Of a DNA stretch of 64,000 bases, positions 1 through 14,367 are shown in pieces. Location: positions 6,324,001 through 6,388,000 of the forward strand of contig CM022675.1 of the NCBI GenBank assembly GCA_012295275.1. Reading direction: 5' to 3'. Under the pieces are notes generated by a model. The model searched no databases, was not told the origin of the DNA, and was given only the letters and a program-made list of their open reading frames with translations. The stretch comes from Chrysomallon squamiferum (lineage: Eukaryota > Animalia > Mollusca). Within the stretch, counting starts at the first letter, position 1; the number at the start of each line of letters is the position of its first letter. Made by a program: the position numbers and the translations under genes.

Positions 1-385
1 TGGACTGTTTTAAGAAGAGAAACCAAACTTTAAATGGACGAGAGACAGTAATGTCCTGTATAATTAAAATGAAATTAATAGAGGCCTGGTCGGACTGTTC
101 TAAGCTGTAATTGTTTAGGTTGTAACTAACTTTGATCTCTCTTCTATAATCATTGTGAATCTATCAGATTTCGATATCCTCTGACTGAATTTTCTCCTGT
201 TAAATTAGATTCTGAACTAGATGATTTCTGATTTCATTTTCTGTCTTTTTTGCATATTATCTTTTATTAAAGAGTTTATTCAGGTGAGGTAGATAAGCAA
301 TATATGTGTGAGTGTGTGTGTGCGCGTTTGCATGTATCTACATACACAAAAAGATGCATGATCCAGCTCGTCACATAGTAAATCG
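1..385 (+). repeat. Inverted paralog of intron 2 (about 54430-54873) of the secreted-protein gene
   Basis: Motifs tggactgttttaaga, tttcgatatcctctgact, gtgaggtagataag and agatgcatgatcca align in order with the reverse complement of 54430-54873. Confidence 0.8.
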
Positions 386-542
386 TTATATTCCTGGAAT
401 AAAAACTAAATAAATAAATAAGATACCAGATAAATAGAACTAAAATATATATATATATACACATATTTTTGTGAAGTAGAAAATGTATATAATTGTGTAG
501 CAATTACTCATTATTATTATTTATAATCTTCATTAATATATA

Positions 543-615
<73 letters not shown>

Positions 616-712
616 AATTAGTTGTCTAGCAATTACTTTTTATTATTTATAATTTTTATTAATATATATATATTTACTATTTACTATCTGCTGCATGACG
701 TCATATGTTCTG

Positions 713-766
713 CATCCATTTGCCCAATTTGTATTATTGTTGATTTATTGAATGATTGACTGACAG

Positions 767-859
<93 letters not shown>

Positions 860-940
860 AAACACCAATAATGATAACTTCACTTCACGTGATGTAATGT
901 TTTCAAGAAAGATGTGTCATGTTTTCCAAGTAATTTTTCT
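713..940 (+). repeat. Direct paralog of 56077-56335 including an (AG)n tract (about 771-852)
   Basis: ttattgaatgattgactgacagaataaga(ga)n...taaaacaccaataatg...ccaagtaatttttct matches 56077-56335; an inverted copy lies at about 51395-51540. Confidence 0.8.
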
Positions 941-1168
941 ACCGTTACTCTCAATCGAATCTTTGTGAGTCGTTAAAGCAACAGAACAACGACGCACACA
1001 AACACTTACAAAACAGTTATAAATCTGATTTAGTGACACAATATCAGTAAAGTAGAAAATGTAAATAATGATGATGCAATCACTCTTTATTATTTTTTTT
1101 TTTTTTTTAATATATGTCTATATATACATGCACACCTCTACAAACCTATAATTATACATACGATACAT

Positions 1169-1321
1169 GAAAGAGTGTAGAGACCAGAGAAAGACTTCTT
1201 GTTGCTATGGATACGGAAATTTACTATCTGCTGTATGAAGTCATAGTACAAGACTTCAGTAACCTTGGAGTTAGCCCTAACTCCTCTATCGTCAATGTTG
1301 AAGTGTAATCTGCAGAAGGGT
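1169..1321 (+). pseudogene. Inverted, degenerate copy of the contactin-like FN3 exon at 2727-2875
   Basis: Reads RLLVAMDTEIYYLLYEVIVQDFSNLGVSPNSSIVNVEV*SAEG then a GTATGT donor; the minus-strand exon reads RLVITLDTESYYLQYDVIVQATNNLGVGANSSIAIVY. Confidence 0.8.
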
Positions 1322-1462
1322 GTATGTAGTTAATTTATTGTCTTTTTCCTTAAAAAAAACAAAAAAAAACAGAAGAAACAACACAAAAAACATTTATTTC
1401 ATTTAATGACATAAACACTTTTTACAATGGATAGTATTGTGTGAATGCATCTTTAGTCTTAC

Positions 1463-2239
1463 GACGTATTCTTTCACTGTTTCCTTATCAGAAGTTGTAT
1501 TGATACCTCACCACGTGACTCTGACGCTGGTTCAGACCATGTGACAAAACGTACACTTCTGTCGGTTACGACAATGGTGCTAGAATAAAATAAAAAAAAA
1601 GATAATAATAAACAAACAAACAAATAAATGCTACCACCAGTACTGTAATGTTATTTATGTATTTATTTATCATTCATTCATTTATTCATTCATTCGCTCG
1701 TTTCTTTATTCGTTATCTCATTCATTCATTTAGTCATTCATAATGCTAAGTAACTGATCTTTTTTTTTATCACGTAATCAATATTTACGTTTATCTGTAT
1801 GTCTGTCCAACAGACTGTTTCACTTACCATGTCCGTACACGCTCTGTTTGTAAAACTCACTCCTGGGACCCAGACCAGTGCTGTTATACACTTGCACGTC
1901 AAACTCATACCAGCCACCGGGAACCAGTCCAATCACGGTTCCGTTATCACGTTGCCCAGGGTAACAAATGGACTGCTGTGTCGCGTTGCCATCTTCAAGG
2001 TCTCTGTAATTTATCGGAATAATGGTCTGAATAATTCAGCTATGAAAACCACAGTGTTTGTTTGGCTTAGATTCTCTAAAAAAAAAAGTCACTATTTCCA
2101 TTCTGATTGTTATAGTGAAATGTTACAAAATTGTAAACATCTTGGGAAAGATGTTTGCCATAGTTCAGAAGATTCAGGTAAAATATTATCTCTATAAAAT
2201 GCTCGATCTCAAACTGGACAGACATTTATATTATTAATA

Positions 2240-2289
<50 letters not shown>

Positions 2290-4341
2290 TATAACACGAC
2301 ACTGACGAAGAAGGTCATATAATTCAATATTCAAAACGTTCTACAGTATCAAAAGCACGAATTGATCAGAAATAAAGAAATAATCAATTTTTTTTTTTTT
2401 AAATCAATTAATGCAAGAAGAAAATCAGAACAAATAAACAATGGAAGAGTTTCAAGAACAATAACTCTAACCTAATTGCTAAGAATCTTTCCTTTCATTA
2501 CCTCCCTTGTGTCGCTCACCATTTTCCAGGTGACAACATTGGCAGTCGCGTTGAAAGGATAAGAATAAACATTGGTTAGTGTCCCCAGCGGCACTGAAAT
2601 ACAAACCGAAGGTAAAATAAATAAATAAATAAATAAATAAATAGAAGAAGAAGAAGAAGAAGAAGAAGAATTCAAGAAAAAATAAAATAAAGTAAAACAA
2701 AGTAAAATTAATAAAATAATACTCACATCCTTCTGCACATATACACTATGGCGATTGAGGAGTTAGCACCGACTCCAAGGTTATTGGTGGCTTGCACTAT
2801 GACGTCATACTGCAGATAATAACTTTCTGTATCCAGGGTAATAACAAGTCTGGCCTTTGTTCCATTCACTCTTTCCTGTGAATATATTTATGTAGTTAAT
2901 TACTTGAGTCTATGTGTGTACGCACGTGTTTAAATGGATGTATGTATGCATGTAGCATGTGTTTTTATATGCGTGTATATTTATAGTATCTCTGTCTGTA
3001 TATATGTAACAGCATGTAGTTACGTATGTGTGTTTGTGTGTATTCTGCTACTGTTGGTAATAATTTATATTAAATCATTTTCGAAAAGAATTTCAGATTT
3101 TACTTTTTGAAAAGGTTTGTCAGGACGAGTAGGTTCGTGCCTCCTCCAGTAAACAAAGTATCCTATTCCAGGACCGCTTTCGTCAGATCTGTTGAGAAAA
3201 GAAGATGTAAATATTTTACTTGATTAGAGCAGTCAAATATTGCCAAGACACGAATATCTAGCAATAACTATTGAAACTCATTAATTTTGTTGAAAGCTGT
3301 TGCTGCTATTTTTGCTCTTACTGCTACTGCTAGCAATAGTGCTACTGCTACTAATATTATTGCCAGTGGTACTAGTACTATTACTAAAACTACTGCCAAT
3401 ACTATTACTACCATTGTTGGTACTACTACTTCTGCTGCTGCTACTACTACTATGTTGCTACTAGTATTACCATTACTAGTACTACCTCTCCTCCTGTCTT
3501 CCAAATATAACTTTAATCCTCAGTTACTACAAAAATCTCCTACACTACCTCCTCCGCCTCCTACATTAGAAGGAGCTAGTAATGGTGGTAATGAGGGTAT
3601 CTGATACACCTCTGCAAACGAACGAAAATTTTAACCAACAAATTAAAACATGTAACTGGGTGAGCGAAGTTATTAAAGATGATTATAAACTTTATCTTCT
3701 CTTTTACCCTGTTGATTCCTACATTTTTAAGCCATTATTTTACTTACTAATTCTTTCTCTAACATATTCTTCTACAGATTCCTTTCTCCACTAATTCTAT
3801 GACGTACTTATTCCTGAGAAGTTTCCTTTAGTTACTCAATTAATTTCGCACGTCTTTAAAATTAGTTCTCCTTTCTCAGTTCCGTTCAGATATATTCGAT
3901 TAAAAAGTATTCTGTTTAATCAGTATGTGGGTATGCAAAGCTGTTTCGTTGAAATTTCTTTAAAATTTACTTCTTTGACAGATATATTTTATTACAAAAT
4001 TTAATCTACATTTTCAGTTACTTGCTAGGCAGGTATAGACTCTTGGAATTTCACCTATCCACTGATCCATAGAGAGCCAGATATATCCTTTCGAAATCTA
4101 ATCTACCCTCTAATGCCTAAGTAGACAGATATATTATTTTAAAATTTAATGTACCTACTCATCTAGACAGATAAATGTTTTTTAAATTGAGTCTACTGAC
4201 TCGATGCCATGCTAGGCAGGTCTATTCCGTGGAGGTTGATGGCTCTAAGGCGGAACTGATAACTCGTCCAGGCCTTTAGATTCTTCAGAACAGTGATCCT
4301 GAATCTTCTGCCATCTACAATGGAGTCCCTGTCTGAAACGT
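1463..4341 (-). pseudogene. Contactin-like pseudogene fragment, FN3 region; exons 4341-4201, 3611-about 3517, about 3195-3104, 2875-2727, 2593-2472, 2014-1828, 1579-1463
   Basis: Exons translate in contactin order: LKNLKAWTSYQFRLRAINLHG; APSNVGGGGGSVGD; ESGPGIGYFVYWRR; YYLQYDVIVQATNNLGVG; FNATANVVTWKMVSDTREVMKGKIL; GLVPGGWYEFDVQVYNSTGLGPRS; PTEVYVLSHG..SVRVTW*GI. Several in-frame stops, 1-nt frameshifts and a broken acceptor (CCG at 2015-2017). Confidence 0.85.
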
Positions 4342-4838
4342 CTGAAAATAAGTACAGTGAGAAATGATAATTTACCTCTAATTTTAGTTTTCTTGTTAAA
4401 TTAATTAATTTAATTAAATAATTAATTAATTAATATTATTAACAAGAAGAAGAAGAAGAAGAATGAAGACCTTCACAGAAAGATTGACGTGTTTTTCCCC
4501 CTCATTTGCTCATATAAGATTTTTAATTATATTTTAGTTAAATTTTATATAAAATTTTATTGATAGAGTGATGTGTTACTAAATGACTCTAAACAATCTA
4601 CTCGTGACTGTACAATTCACTGATCATTATATTATGCATTCATGACTAATTGTATTCAGTTGAATCATGACTAATGATATGCATGTACTTTTGAGTAATT
4701 ACATACAATATACTTATGAGTAATTTCAGTTTACCAATAAACATACATACATTCATTCATTCATACATATACATGTATATCAGTGTGTGCAGATATACAG
4801 ACTAAATATATACACACGTGCTAATAGACTTTCAACAG

Positions 4839-4872
<34 letters not shown>

Positions 4873-4880
4873 TAACAATA

Positions 4881-4919
<39 letters not shown>

Positions 4920-5529
4920 ATACTGAAAACAGAAAAAGAAGAACAGTAAATTGTATTTAGGAGATCGCAAAAATGTGGAAAGAAACATTTCACAGCGACA
5001 TCAATTTAGACAGATGCTTATTTTTGCAGTCTTGCCAAAATTTAAAACATAGAAGTATTACTTTTTAATTTGGTAAGCCAAAGAAAGTAAAATTACTATT
5101 ACTACTTCTTCTGCTAGTGCTAGTACAATTATTACCACTACTGCTGTTGCTATTTCTATTACTGCGACTATTTCTATAACTACTACTTCTGCTACTTCTA
5201 CTATTTGTGCCACTTTTGTTACTACTACCAGATAACAATAATAATAATAATTAAAAATACAAAATATAGAAATTCGTTAGTTTCCGTATGTGCTCGTGAC
5301 AATTCGGAAATGCACACCTGTATACAAAGCTGATCCTGAGGAATGGGGGCTTCCCGATTACTCACCGACTTGTCTTACTCAGTAACACGCACATTTCACG
5401 TGATCATGGGATTAGATTGTTCTAAGCCACCTGTTTATTCCGGGTACAGTGTATTATTTTCATCATCTTGGTGATATATCCAGTAGCATAGATCTTAACA
5501 ACAACAACACCAACAACAACAATAATAAC

Positions 5530-5579
<50 letters not shown>

Positions 5580-6293
5580 TAATAATAATATTAATGTAAG
5601 GCTAGTAGCCCTGACATAATGTAGTAAATAGTAAATAGCTAACCTTCAACTATTGCCATAAATAAAGGTTTTATTTACGGTTGAAAATGATACGTTCAAC
5701 TCCGCCTGTATTATTTACTCTTTTTGAGTTGTTGTACGCAAACTAGTTTTGAGAAACGTTATATTCAGAACATAGATTTGTAAAAGTATTTAGAAAATTT
5801 CAACAACGCAACGACCTGTATTAAAAAATTAAATTAAATTTTAAAAAAACGTTTGTCTGAGAAAGAACCGCTGTTACAACTGCGTACTCAAGAACATCAG
5901 ATATCTGTATGTTAGTCACATGAATGTTACTCGTCTTGTATATCAATTACAAATTTAATAAATTCAGAAACAGCATTAAAATTGAATTAAATTAATATTC
6001 CGGTAGTTGTATGGGCATCTTTTATTTGTAAATGTGTGCGATTGTATAACTCTGACGTAAAGCACTTATTTATTTATTCTTTCTATCTATGTGTATATTT
6101 GTTAGGTACAGCTATAGGTAGACGTGCTTATATTTATTTTGTTTGATCTTTGTACCCGGCAGCATCTTTGACTACATGACGCATTATCCGGATATGTAGA
6201 TATGTGCAACGCAGTCCACAATGGATTGTAAAATAATGTGATTACATATTAAATTCATATTTTTTCAGTTAAAATAATAAAAATAAAAATAAA

Positions 6294-6335
<42 letters not shown>

Positions 6336-7711
6336 CATAGACTTTGGAGACTTTTCAGTTTCATTCTAAAAAGAAATAAATAAATTTAAAATATATATAT
6401 GTATTAGGTTTACTTTGGAACTTCGCATTTCTAATTTTGTTTTGTTTCCTGAATTTCCAGGTGACACGTTACTGTTATTTAAATCGTCGTGAGTAATGAA
6501 ATCAAGAAAAGAATGAAGCAGTCAGACACACAAAATAATTATGTTCATGCAAGCATAAAAAGATTTACGAAATCAATGTTCACGAACCCTCGATTTGAAC
6601 AAATGTTTTAAATAAATAGATGTCTTTTTTTCCCTCTTACAAAATATTAAACGATTAATGTAAATGACGCAAAAATCAATAAATAAACCTTAGCACTGAG
6701 GGCGTAGAAATCTGTGTGTTCGAAAAAATGTTATTTTGTACGTTGACAAGTTTAGAAAAAGGTTTTAGTTGACAAGTTTCGTATTTAAGTCCATTTATAC
6801 AGCACGTTAACAAAATTTATACGTTACTGTTTTGCTTTATTTTGTTTCTAATGACAAAAATTGAATTGCCTTTGCGGTTGGCTAGCCCTGACTCAAACAT
6901 CGGAGTTTTCTCTTTAGATGTTTTCACTTAAAGGTATACGTGGATTTAACCAGTTTTATGTAAATAAATAAATAAATAAATGATGCTTGTTTTTTTATTA
7001 TCTTTTTTATTTTTATTTAATTTTATGTCTTGAACTGTCAATGTAGTTCGTTGAAGTCAAGGTCATTGTTACATCAAAGTGAGATTATTCTCAGGTAATC
7101 TAGACATGTTCCGCTTTGAAATTCTTAAACTGGGATTTATTCACGTAGACACGAGTAAGGATAAGACATACTTTATTTTTTATTTTTTATTTTATTTTAT
7201 TTTTTTTTTCAAGTGATTTTTTGTTTTGGGGAAAAATTAAATTAAAATAACATTTAGCTAGTTTTTAAAATAAATAAATGAATTCATGGAATTTATTTAT
7301 TTATTTATTTACTTACTGATTCATTATCTTTCATCTTTCACGAGACATCACTTAGTTAAAGATATGTCTAGATGCATTTGTATTTACTTTGACTGATATA
7401 GGTAACTAACTACATAACGCATTATGTACATTGTAAATGAATTTTAATACCATATTAAATTCAAAATTATTAAATAATATCTTTCGGTCAAAAATATAAA
7501 GAAATAAAAACAAAAATTAAAAACAAAAATTTTAAAAAGGAAAAAAAAATATTTCGTCCTCTTCGGACGTCAATCTTTTTCGACTTTTACAATTTGGTTT
7601 CTTTACTCACTTTCCAGCTTAGAAACACCCGTTACTGATATTTAAATGTTTGTGTAATGAAACCACGAAGTCCATGACGCACTGAAATAATGGAACGTTC
7701 CAAATCAGTGT

Positions 7712-7832
7712 CGTTTCGTCTTACAAACTATTATCCAGTGTATCTAAACACTGACACATTGTGTAGACAGCGTAAAACATTTGTTTAACTTGTTAGTTGA
7801 CAATTTCGAATCTAATGCTATTTATACGACAG
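7712..7832 (+). other. Putative non-coding first exon of TRIM-like copy 1 (diverged paralog)
   Basis: gtttcgtcttacaaa...caatttcgaatctaa...ACAG|GTAAG is conserved with 20689-20812, 22377-22500 and 32535-32658, always ending in a strong donor upstream of a TRIM-like gene. Confidence 0.4.
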
Positions 7833-7858
7833 GTAAGACAAATGTATACTTGTATTTT

Positions 7859-8140
7859 AGTCTTCATCTCTCTGTTCAGTACGTGCACCTATATGCATTT
7901 TTGTCTTCATCTCTCTGTTCAGTACGTGCACCTATATGCATTTTTGTCTTCATCTCTCTGTTCAGTACGTGCACCTATATGCATTTTTGTTTTTATCTCT
8001 CTGTTCAGTACGTGCACCTATATGCATTTTTGTTTTTATCTCTCTGTTCAGTACGTGCACCTATATGCATTTTTGTTTTTATCTCTCTGTTCATTACGTG
8101 CACCTATATGCATTTTTGTTTTCATCTCTCTGTTCAGTAC
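7859..8140 (+). repeat. 43-bp minisatellite, about 6.5 units (catctctctgttcagtacgtgcacctatatgcatttttgtctt)
   Basis: Direct tandem units; shares tttgtcttcatctctctgttcagtacgt with the 33283-36250 array. Confidence 0.95.
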
Positions 8141-8275
8141 TGGAGCACGATCAGTTCAAGTTCTATTTATTTATTGATATATTTATTTGTTTGTTTGTTT
8201 GCTCGTTTATTTATTTATTTTCGGCATCTAAACTGAAGCTGAACATTAATTATCCCCATTTATTATTATTATTAT

Positions 8276-8318
<43 letters not shown>

Positions 8319-8745
8319 TTTATTAATATTTGTATTATTCGTTCCCTTTTATCTAATTACTAATTGCTCGTTGGTTAGATCTGAACGTAAGTTAGATATA
8401 TGCATTTACAGACAGCACATTATTTCAAACTAATCTTATGCAAATACTGTTTGTTTCATTTTCATTTTGTTATTTTTATTGTTTTTATTATTAATATCAT
8501 TTTTATTTTCTTTATTTTTACAAAATTCAATCAGTTTAAATCAAAGATAATTCCTAGTTCAAAGTATTGTATAAAGAAATAGATATAATAATAATATCGT
8601 GATATAGGAAAGAAACGGAATGGCAAATTTTTTAATAATTTATTTTGGGCATCTCGTTTCTTCTTTATAGAGGTAAAACTACTGATGGCTTTTTTTTTTT
8701 GGAAAAAAATTTAAATAAATAAAGAACAGTAGTAACAGTAGTAAC

Positions 8746-8803
<58 letters not shown>

Positions 8804-9866
8804 ATGTCATAGCGCATAAGATGTGTTAACTTTCAAGTGCTAACGACTTTGTTAAAATATGGCTCGCTTCTTGTCTAGGGTTTGCGCCTTTGGTGGACCC
8901 GCTGACTGTGCAATTAACAAACTGTGACGGTTTATTATAACAGATAAAAATGTTTGCATATACTACAGATATAAACTTTATCTAATATCATGTATCCACT
9001 ATGAACACCAAAACAAAACACAATATTTATATTACAAAGACAATTATTTATTTTACACATCTATACTTATTATTTAGTGGTTGAGGACGTGGCAGTTGGC
9101 ACTATATGAAATATTTAAATTTTAATTATTTTAATTTTCAGTAACAAGTTATGTTAGAAATATATATAACTCAAACTCTCTAAGGAGCATATACAGGTTA
9201 CATCAAATTGATCAACAAATCCAACAGGGCATACAGAAACAGAATAACCATTTGTCCCTGCTTCCACCTTAAACAAAGATAACGCAAAATATTGATACCG
9301 ACATAATTGCCTAATAATGGCCGCCAACTTCTCATCCCACCCGTGTCTTCTCTTTGTTCTTTGTGGTCTCTGTTTTTCCTTGGGCTCTTTTGTCTTTTGC
9401 TTAAATAAACACGCCGCGGACTTCAGCAGAGCTTAGCTGAGAAACATTTCTTTTGTCTCTCACCAATGATCGTTAATTATTAGTGATTTCAGTAATTGGA
9501 TTACTGTTAACTAACAGCAGATATTTAATTAATACATACTGTTAGGAATATTTGTAGAAATGAATGGTTAACTTACTTTAGTGATGCATACGGGTTAATT
9601 ACGAGATATTAAACTGTATTAAAGTAAGCTATTTAGGTAAATATTAAATATGTTACCAACATTTTCAAAAACTGTACCTTAAAAGTACAACAATTTAAAA
9701 TATAATAAATAAAAATAGCTACCAGCGGATTCTACAAGTAGGTATAACCAAAATTGCAATCCGTGGCGTAGTAAATAAGTTAGAACCTGTTTGCTATGTT
9801 AAGGAAACACATAGTAAATAGATAAAAATTTAACGTGCTAATCAGAGCAAGCTGTTGTGAAGCACG

Positions 9867-9916
9867 TCTGCGACGGGCACGCTTTCTGACAGGTCAGCGG
9901 GCGTGTCCGTCGCAGA
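9867..9916. other. GC-rich near-perfect hairpin
   Basis: tctgcgacgggcacgc pairs with gcgtgtccgtcgcaga (one G-T pair); inner ctgac/gtcag. Confidence 0.7.
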
Positions 9917-10197
9917 ATCAAGAAACACAGAAAACAGTACATCTAAATACTGCTCAGAAACTTTCCACAGCTTGAACGAGGCCCTATCTACGTAAGGTAA
10001 AAAAAACGATAAAAAAAACAAAACGTTTTATCGTCATTAATAACAACAATATTATTAAAAAATATATATTCCTGTTGATTCAGCAAAAGTAAACGTCCGT
10101 TAGTTTCCGTACGTGGTCGTCAAAATTCCAAAACGTTTTCGTGTATTATAATAATGATAATAATAAAAACAACAACAACAACGACAACAACAACAAC

Positions 10198-10252
<55 letters not shown>

Positions 10253-10546
10253 CAGTGTATGACACCTAGCCCTGACATAGCGTAGTAAATATAAAATAGG
10301 CAACTTTCAGTTGCTGTAACAAATAATGATTTCACTCATTGTTAAAACAGATACGTTCAACTCCGACACTGACTTTTATTCATTATACTATGCGTGTGTT
10401 TCTTCGCGAATGCTTATTAAGGAAAGATCGATAAGAACGAAAAGTGAATTTGCGTGGCTTAGATCCACTACCGTGATTTTATTCCATGATTATGATTGTG
10501 GTGATGCTGATATTATAACGTTTTAACTTATTAACGGTTTGAGTAA

Positions 10547-11057
<511 letters not shown>

Positions 11058-11812
11058 AGGGTGTAAGTGATTAAATAAATAAATAAAATAAGAAGACAAA
11101 TATAATATGACTCTCAAATAATTCGGCTTCATGCATTTTCCCGCACAAATGGGTTCTTTTATCGTCTGCTTAATAAACAATGCCGTCGTGGTAGCTGTTC
11201 TGCAGAGCGTTACAATTTGCGTCTTTGTTAGCAGCACTTTATCTCTCATATCAAGATCTTATTTCTTTGGTTTTTCCTGCGCGGAGACGTATAAAGTGTA
11301 CGATGTCGTAGCTGGGGTGGGAAAGGTCAGCGTCGTATTTGTAACCTATACCTCATGCAAGGAGATATATTACTCTTGTTTTATTCAATAACAAGTGTGC
11401 AGGTGGACTGCACCCAATGAATCAATCTATTCGCGAAATGCTTGTGAAAATCATAACGTTGTAAAGAACATGTATCAAATTTTATCTGTAAGGGATGCTA
11501 GCATATGGTAACTTAATGTACAGGTTCAAAAGTACATGTAAAAGAATTTTTAAAAAAATTAAAAAAAGAATACGAATAAAATTAAAATCATGGGTTAGAT
11601 CATTCTAAGTAGATTGTATTATTTTCATTATCTTTGTGATATATGCACAAATCCACGGATATACCATATAGGATATAGGATATCTGTTAGTAATAATAAT
11701 AATAATTACAAAAATGACAATAATAACAATAATAATAATGACAATAATAATAATAGTAATAGTAATAATATAATAACAATAAAAAACATAAGAATAACAA
11801 TGATATATTGTT

Positions 11813-11846
<34 letters not shown>

Positions 11847-12249
11847 TTGTAAGCCTAATAGCCCTGACATAGCCGTATTAAATATAAAACAGGTGACTTT
11901 CACTTTTGTTATAATGATACCTTCAGTTCTTCCACGGACGTCTATTCTTTAAACTTTTCATGTGTTTGCGCACAAACTAGTTTTTGAAATATTTTATATT
12001 AAGAGCATAGACTTGGAAAAGTGTTGGCATTCTCACCAAGACGACCTGAGTAATACAGTATATTAAAAAATAAGATCTGCACTTAAAAGTAGAAACTGAA
12101 GAAAACGAGATCTGCATGTTAGTCATGTGAATGTTATTTGTATTGTACCTAGAATATAAAACTTGTATATCAATTAAAACTTAATAAACCAAGAAGCACA
12201 CATTAGTACAAAACAAAAATTTAAAAAATAGTGAGAAAGAAATAAGCAG

Positions 12250-13756
12250 TATATATACCCCACGAGAAAATTCATACTATTCATCATCTGATGCTTTTGA
12301 CCAGCTTGAAAATGAATATCTGTAATTTGATAATATGTATAACACGATATATCTTACTGGTTACTTCACTAGTAAAACAGCTGACACTAATGATTCTATT
12401 GTTACTGAGCAAAGACAAAGTATATATTGATGTTACATATATTAATATATCGAGTATCAAAGCATAAAAAGAAAATTAGCTATGGTCGTATACTCCTTGA
12501 CTTCTGTAGATATAGTAACATGTTTATTATGAATGGTAGAGTATGTGAAGATAAATATGTATCGGAGTATATTTGCAAAGATGCTAGTGGCGTTGATTAC
12601 TCCATTCCAAATGTTAAATGTGTGTCCCTAATAGAAAGCGTTTCTATTCTGCCATTTTCTTCTTCTTTATCTTCTTCTACTTCTGTGTATCAAACTACGT
12701 AGACAAATACATCCTGAGAATACTGTAGTTTTTAGTTCATCAAGGAAGTCCCAAAGAAATGGTATAATAATAAATAAACACGAATTCTGCGATAAATGAA
12801 TTGAAATTAGAAAACTATCGTGTTGTTCTGTCTCAAAAGAGTGCTAACATCTTATTGAAGTTTAGAACCTCTGATGTTAAACTTTCTATTGAATCTTGAC
12901 GATGGTTTAACACTCTAAGAAAAAGCAGAAAACGTCAGATTTGTAATCTTCATAAAATTGGAAACGAACGTCATTTTATATTTGAATGTAATGATCCTGT
13001 ATTATTAAATGCGCGAAAAGTTATAACACAGAAATACGAGAGACATCCAGATATAATTTCATATAATAATTTAACAGTGAAAAAAAAAAATATATATATA
13101 TAAAACAACTATATAACAAAGCAATGAAAACTATGCATAGCCTAATAGCTAAAATTATCAGAATAATCTCTCCGTCGACTGTATGCTTGATTTATTTGTC
13201 AAATTAATACAACCAAATTGTATTGTATGGTTGTAAAATACGGGGTTTTACAAATGTACAAGTAGTAGAAAGACTCCATATGAAATTCTGTAAGTATTTA
13301 CTAAGTGTTAATAAATGTTCCCCTGGTTTAATGATCTATGGTGAACTAGGACGGTATCCCCTTTGTATTTCTATAAAAGTAAGAATAATAATCGTTTGGG
13401 GAACCTAATATGCAAAAGTCAAAACAAGATTTCCTCACAGCTATATTATTTAATGCATGTTATCGATTCTCCTTGGAACAATTTGTAATACATATCTTAG
13501 ATGTTTCTGGTTTAAAATATAATGTTAAATAGTTATGTGAAACGGTATACAAAATATTACATGATCATTATGTACAAATATGGAAGAATGGAACAGAAAA
13601 TCTCCAAAGGGTATGACAGAGAAATACGAGAGACATCCAGATATAATTTCATATAATAATTTAACAGTGAAAAAAAAAATATATATATATATGTAATACA
13701 TTATTCTCTGTATTGTAACCCTACAGTTTATGAGAATAAAGTCATTGTCGTTGTCC
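12250..13756 (+). mobile_element. Decayed, rearranged non-LTR retrotransposon (LINE) fragment
   Basis: Endonuclease-end motif YGRILLDFCRYSNMFIMNGRV..DASGVDYSI; C-terminal KFRTSDVKLSIES*RW...ICNLHKIGNERHFIFEC; LYGCKIRGF..ERLHMKFCKYLL..IYGELGRYPL; ends aataaagtcattgtcgttgtc. Confidence 0.85.
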
Positions 13757-14038
13757 TTAACTTTTAAAGTTCACGAGGTCGCTGTTACTTCATTGTCACA
13801 TGATCTAGATATGTTCCGCTTTGAAATAGTCATCGTGAAGTTTGTCACATACACGAGCTAGGAAACGACACACTTTATGCTTTCTTTAATCTATTTGTTT
13901 TCTTTAAAAGTAAAATAAATAATCATAATAATAATAAAATCAAATTTCGCAAGTTCTTAAAATGAATAAGTAATTTCGTGGAGGTGTTTATTATTTTATT
14001 TATTTATTTATTTATTTAATGATGGTATTATTATTATC

Positions 14039-14089
<51 letters not shown>

Positions 14090-14111
14090 GTTGTTATAAT
14101 TATTATTATTA

Positions 14112-14145
<34 letters not shown>

Positions 14146-14333
14146 TGATCTGTTTCTTTAAGTGATGAATGTGATTCTGTTTTGAATATCGTTTATCATG
14201 ATGTATATATATCATTGTCATATGTAGATATTTCAAATCATATTTCAAAATATCCGAAGAAGTGATTAATAATAATAATATTTATCAAAGTATTATAAAA
14301 AAAATTATATTGTGTGCATTTTATTCTAACGAA

Positions 14334-14367
<34 letters not shown>

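Noticed and set aside
1799-2197. 132-aa plus-strand ORF
   Set aside because: Antisense shadow of the contactin-like exon 1828-2014
2295-2350. Hammerhead-like motif ctgacga..gaa...ttc.aaaacgtt after an (AAT)n tract
   Set aside because: The essential GAAA reads AAAA and stems I and II are not convincing; at most a dead relic
3268-3604. Thr/Ala-rich mucin-like or membrane ORFs
   Set aside because: Degenerate (CTA/CTG)n trinucleotide tract plus the antisense of the GGGGG contactin exon
3976-4240. Degenerate repeats of about 50 bp overlapping a contactin exon end; similar weak repeats at 47100-47310
   Set aside because: Too decayed to define a unit or suggest a function
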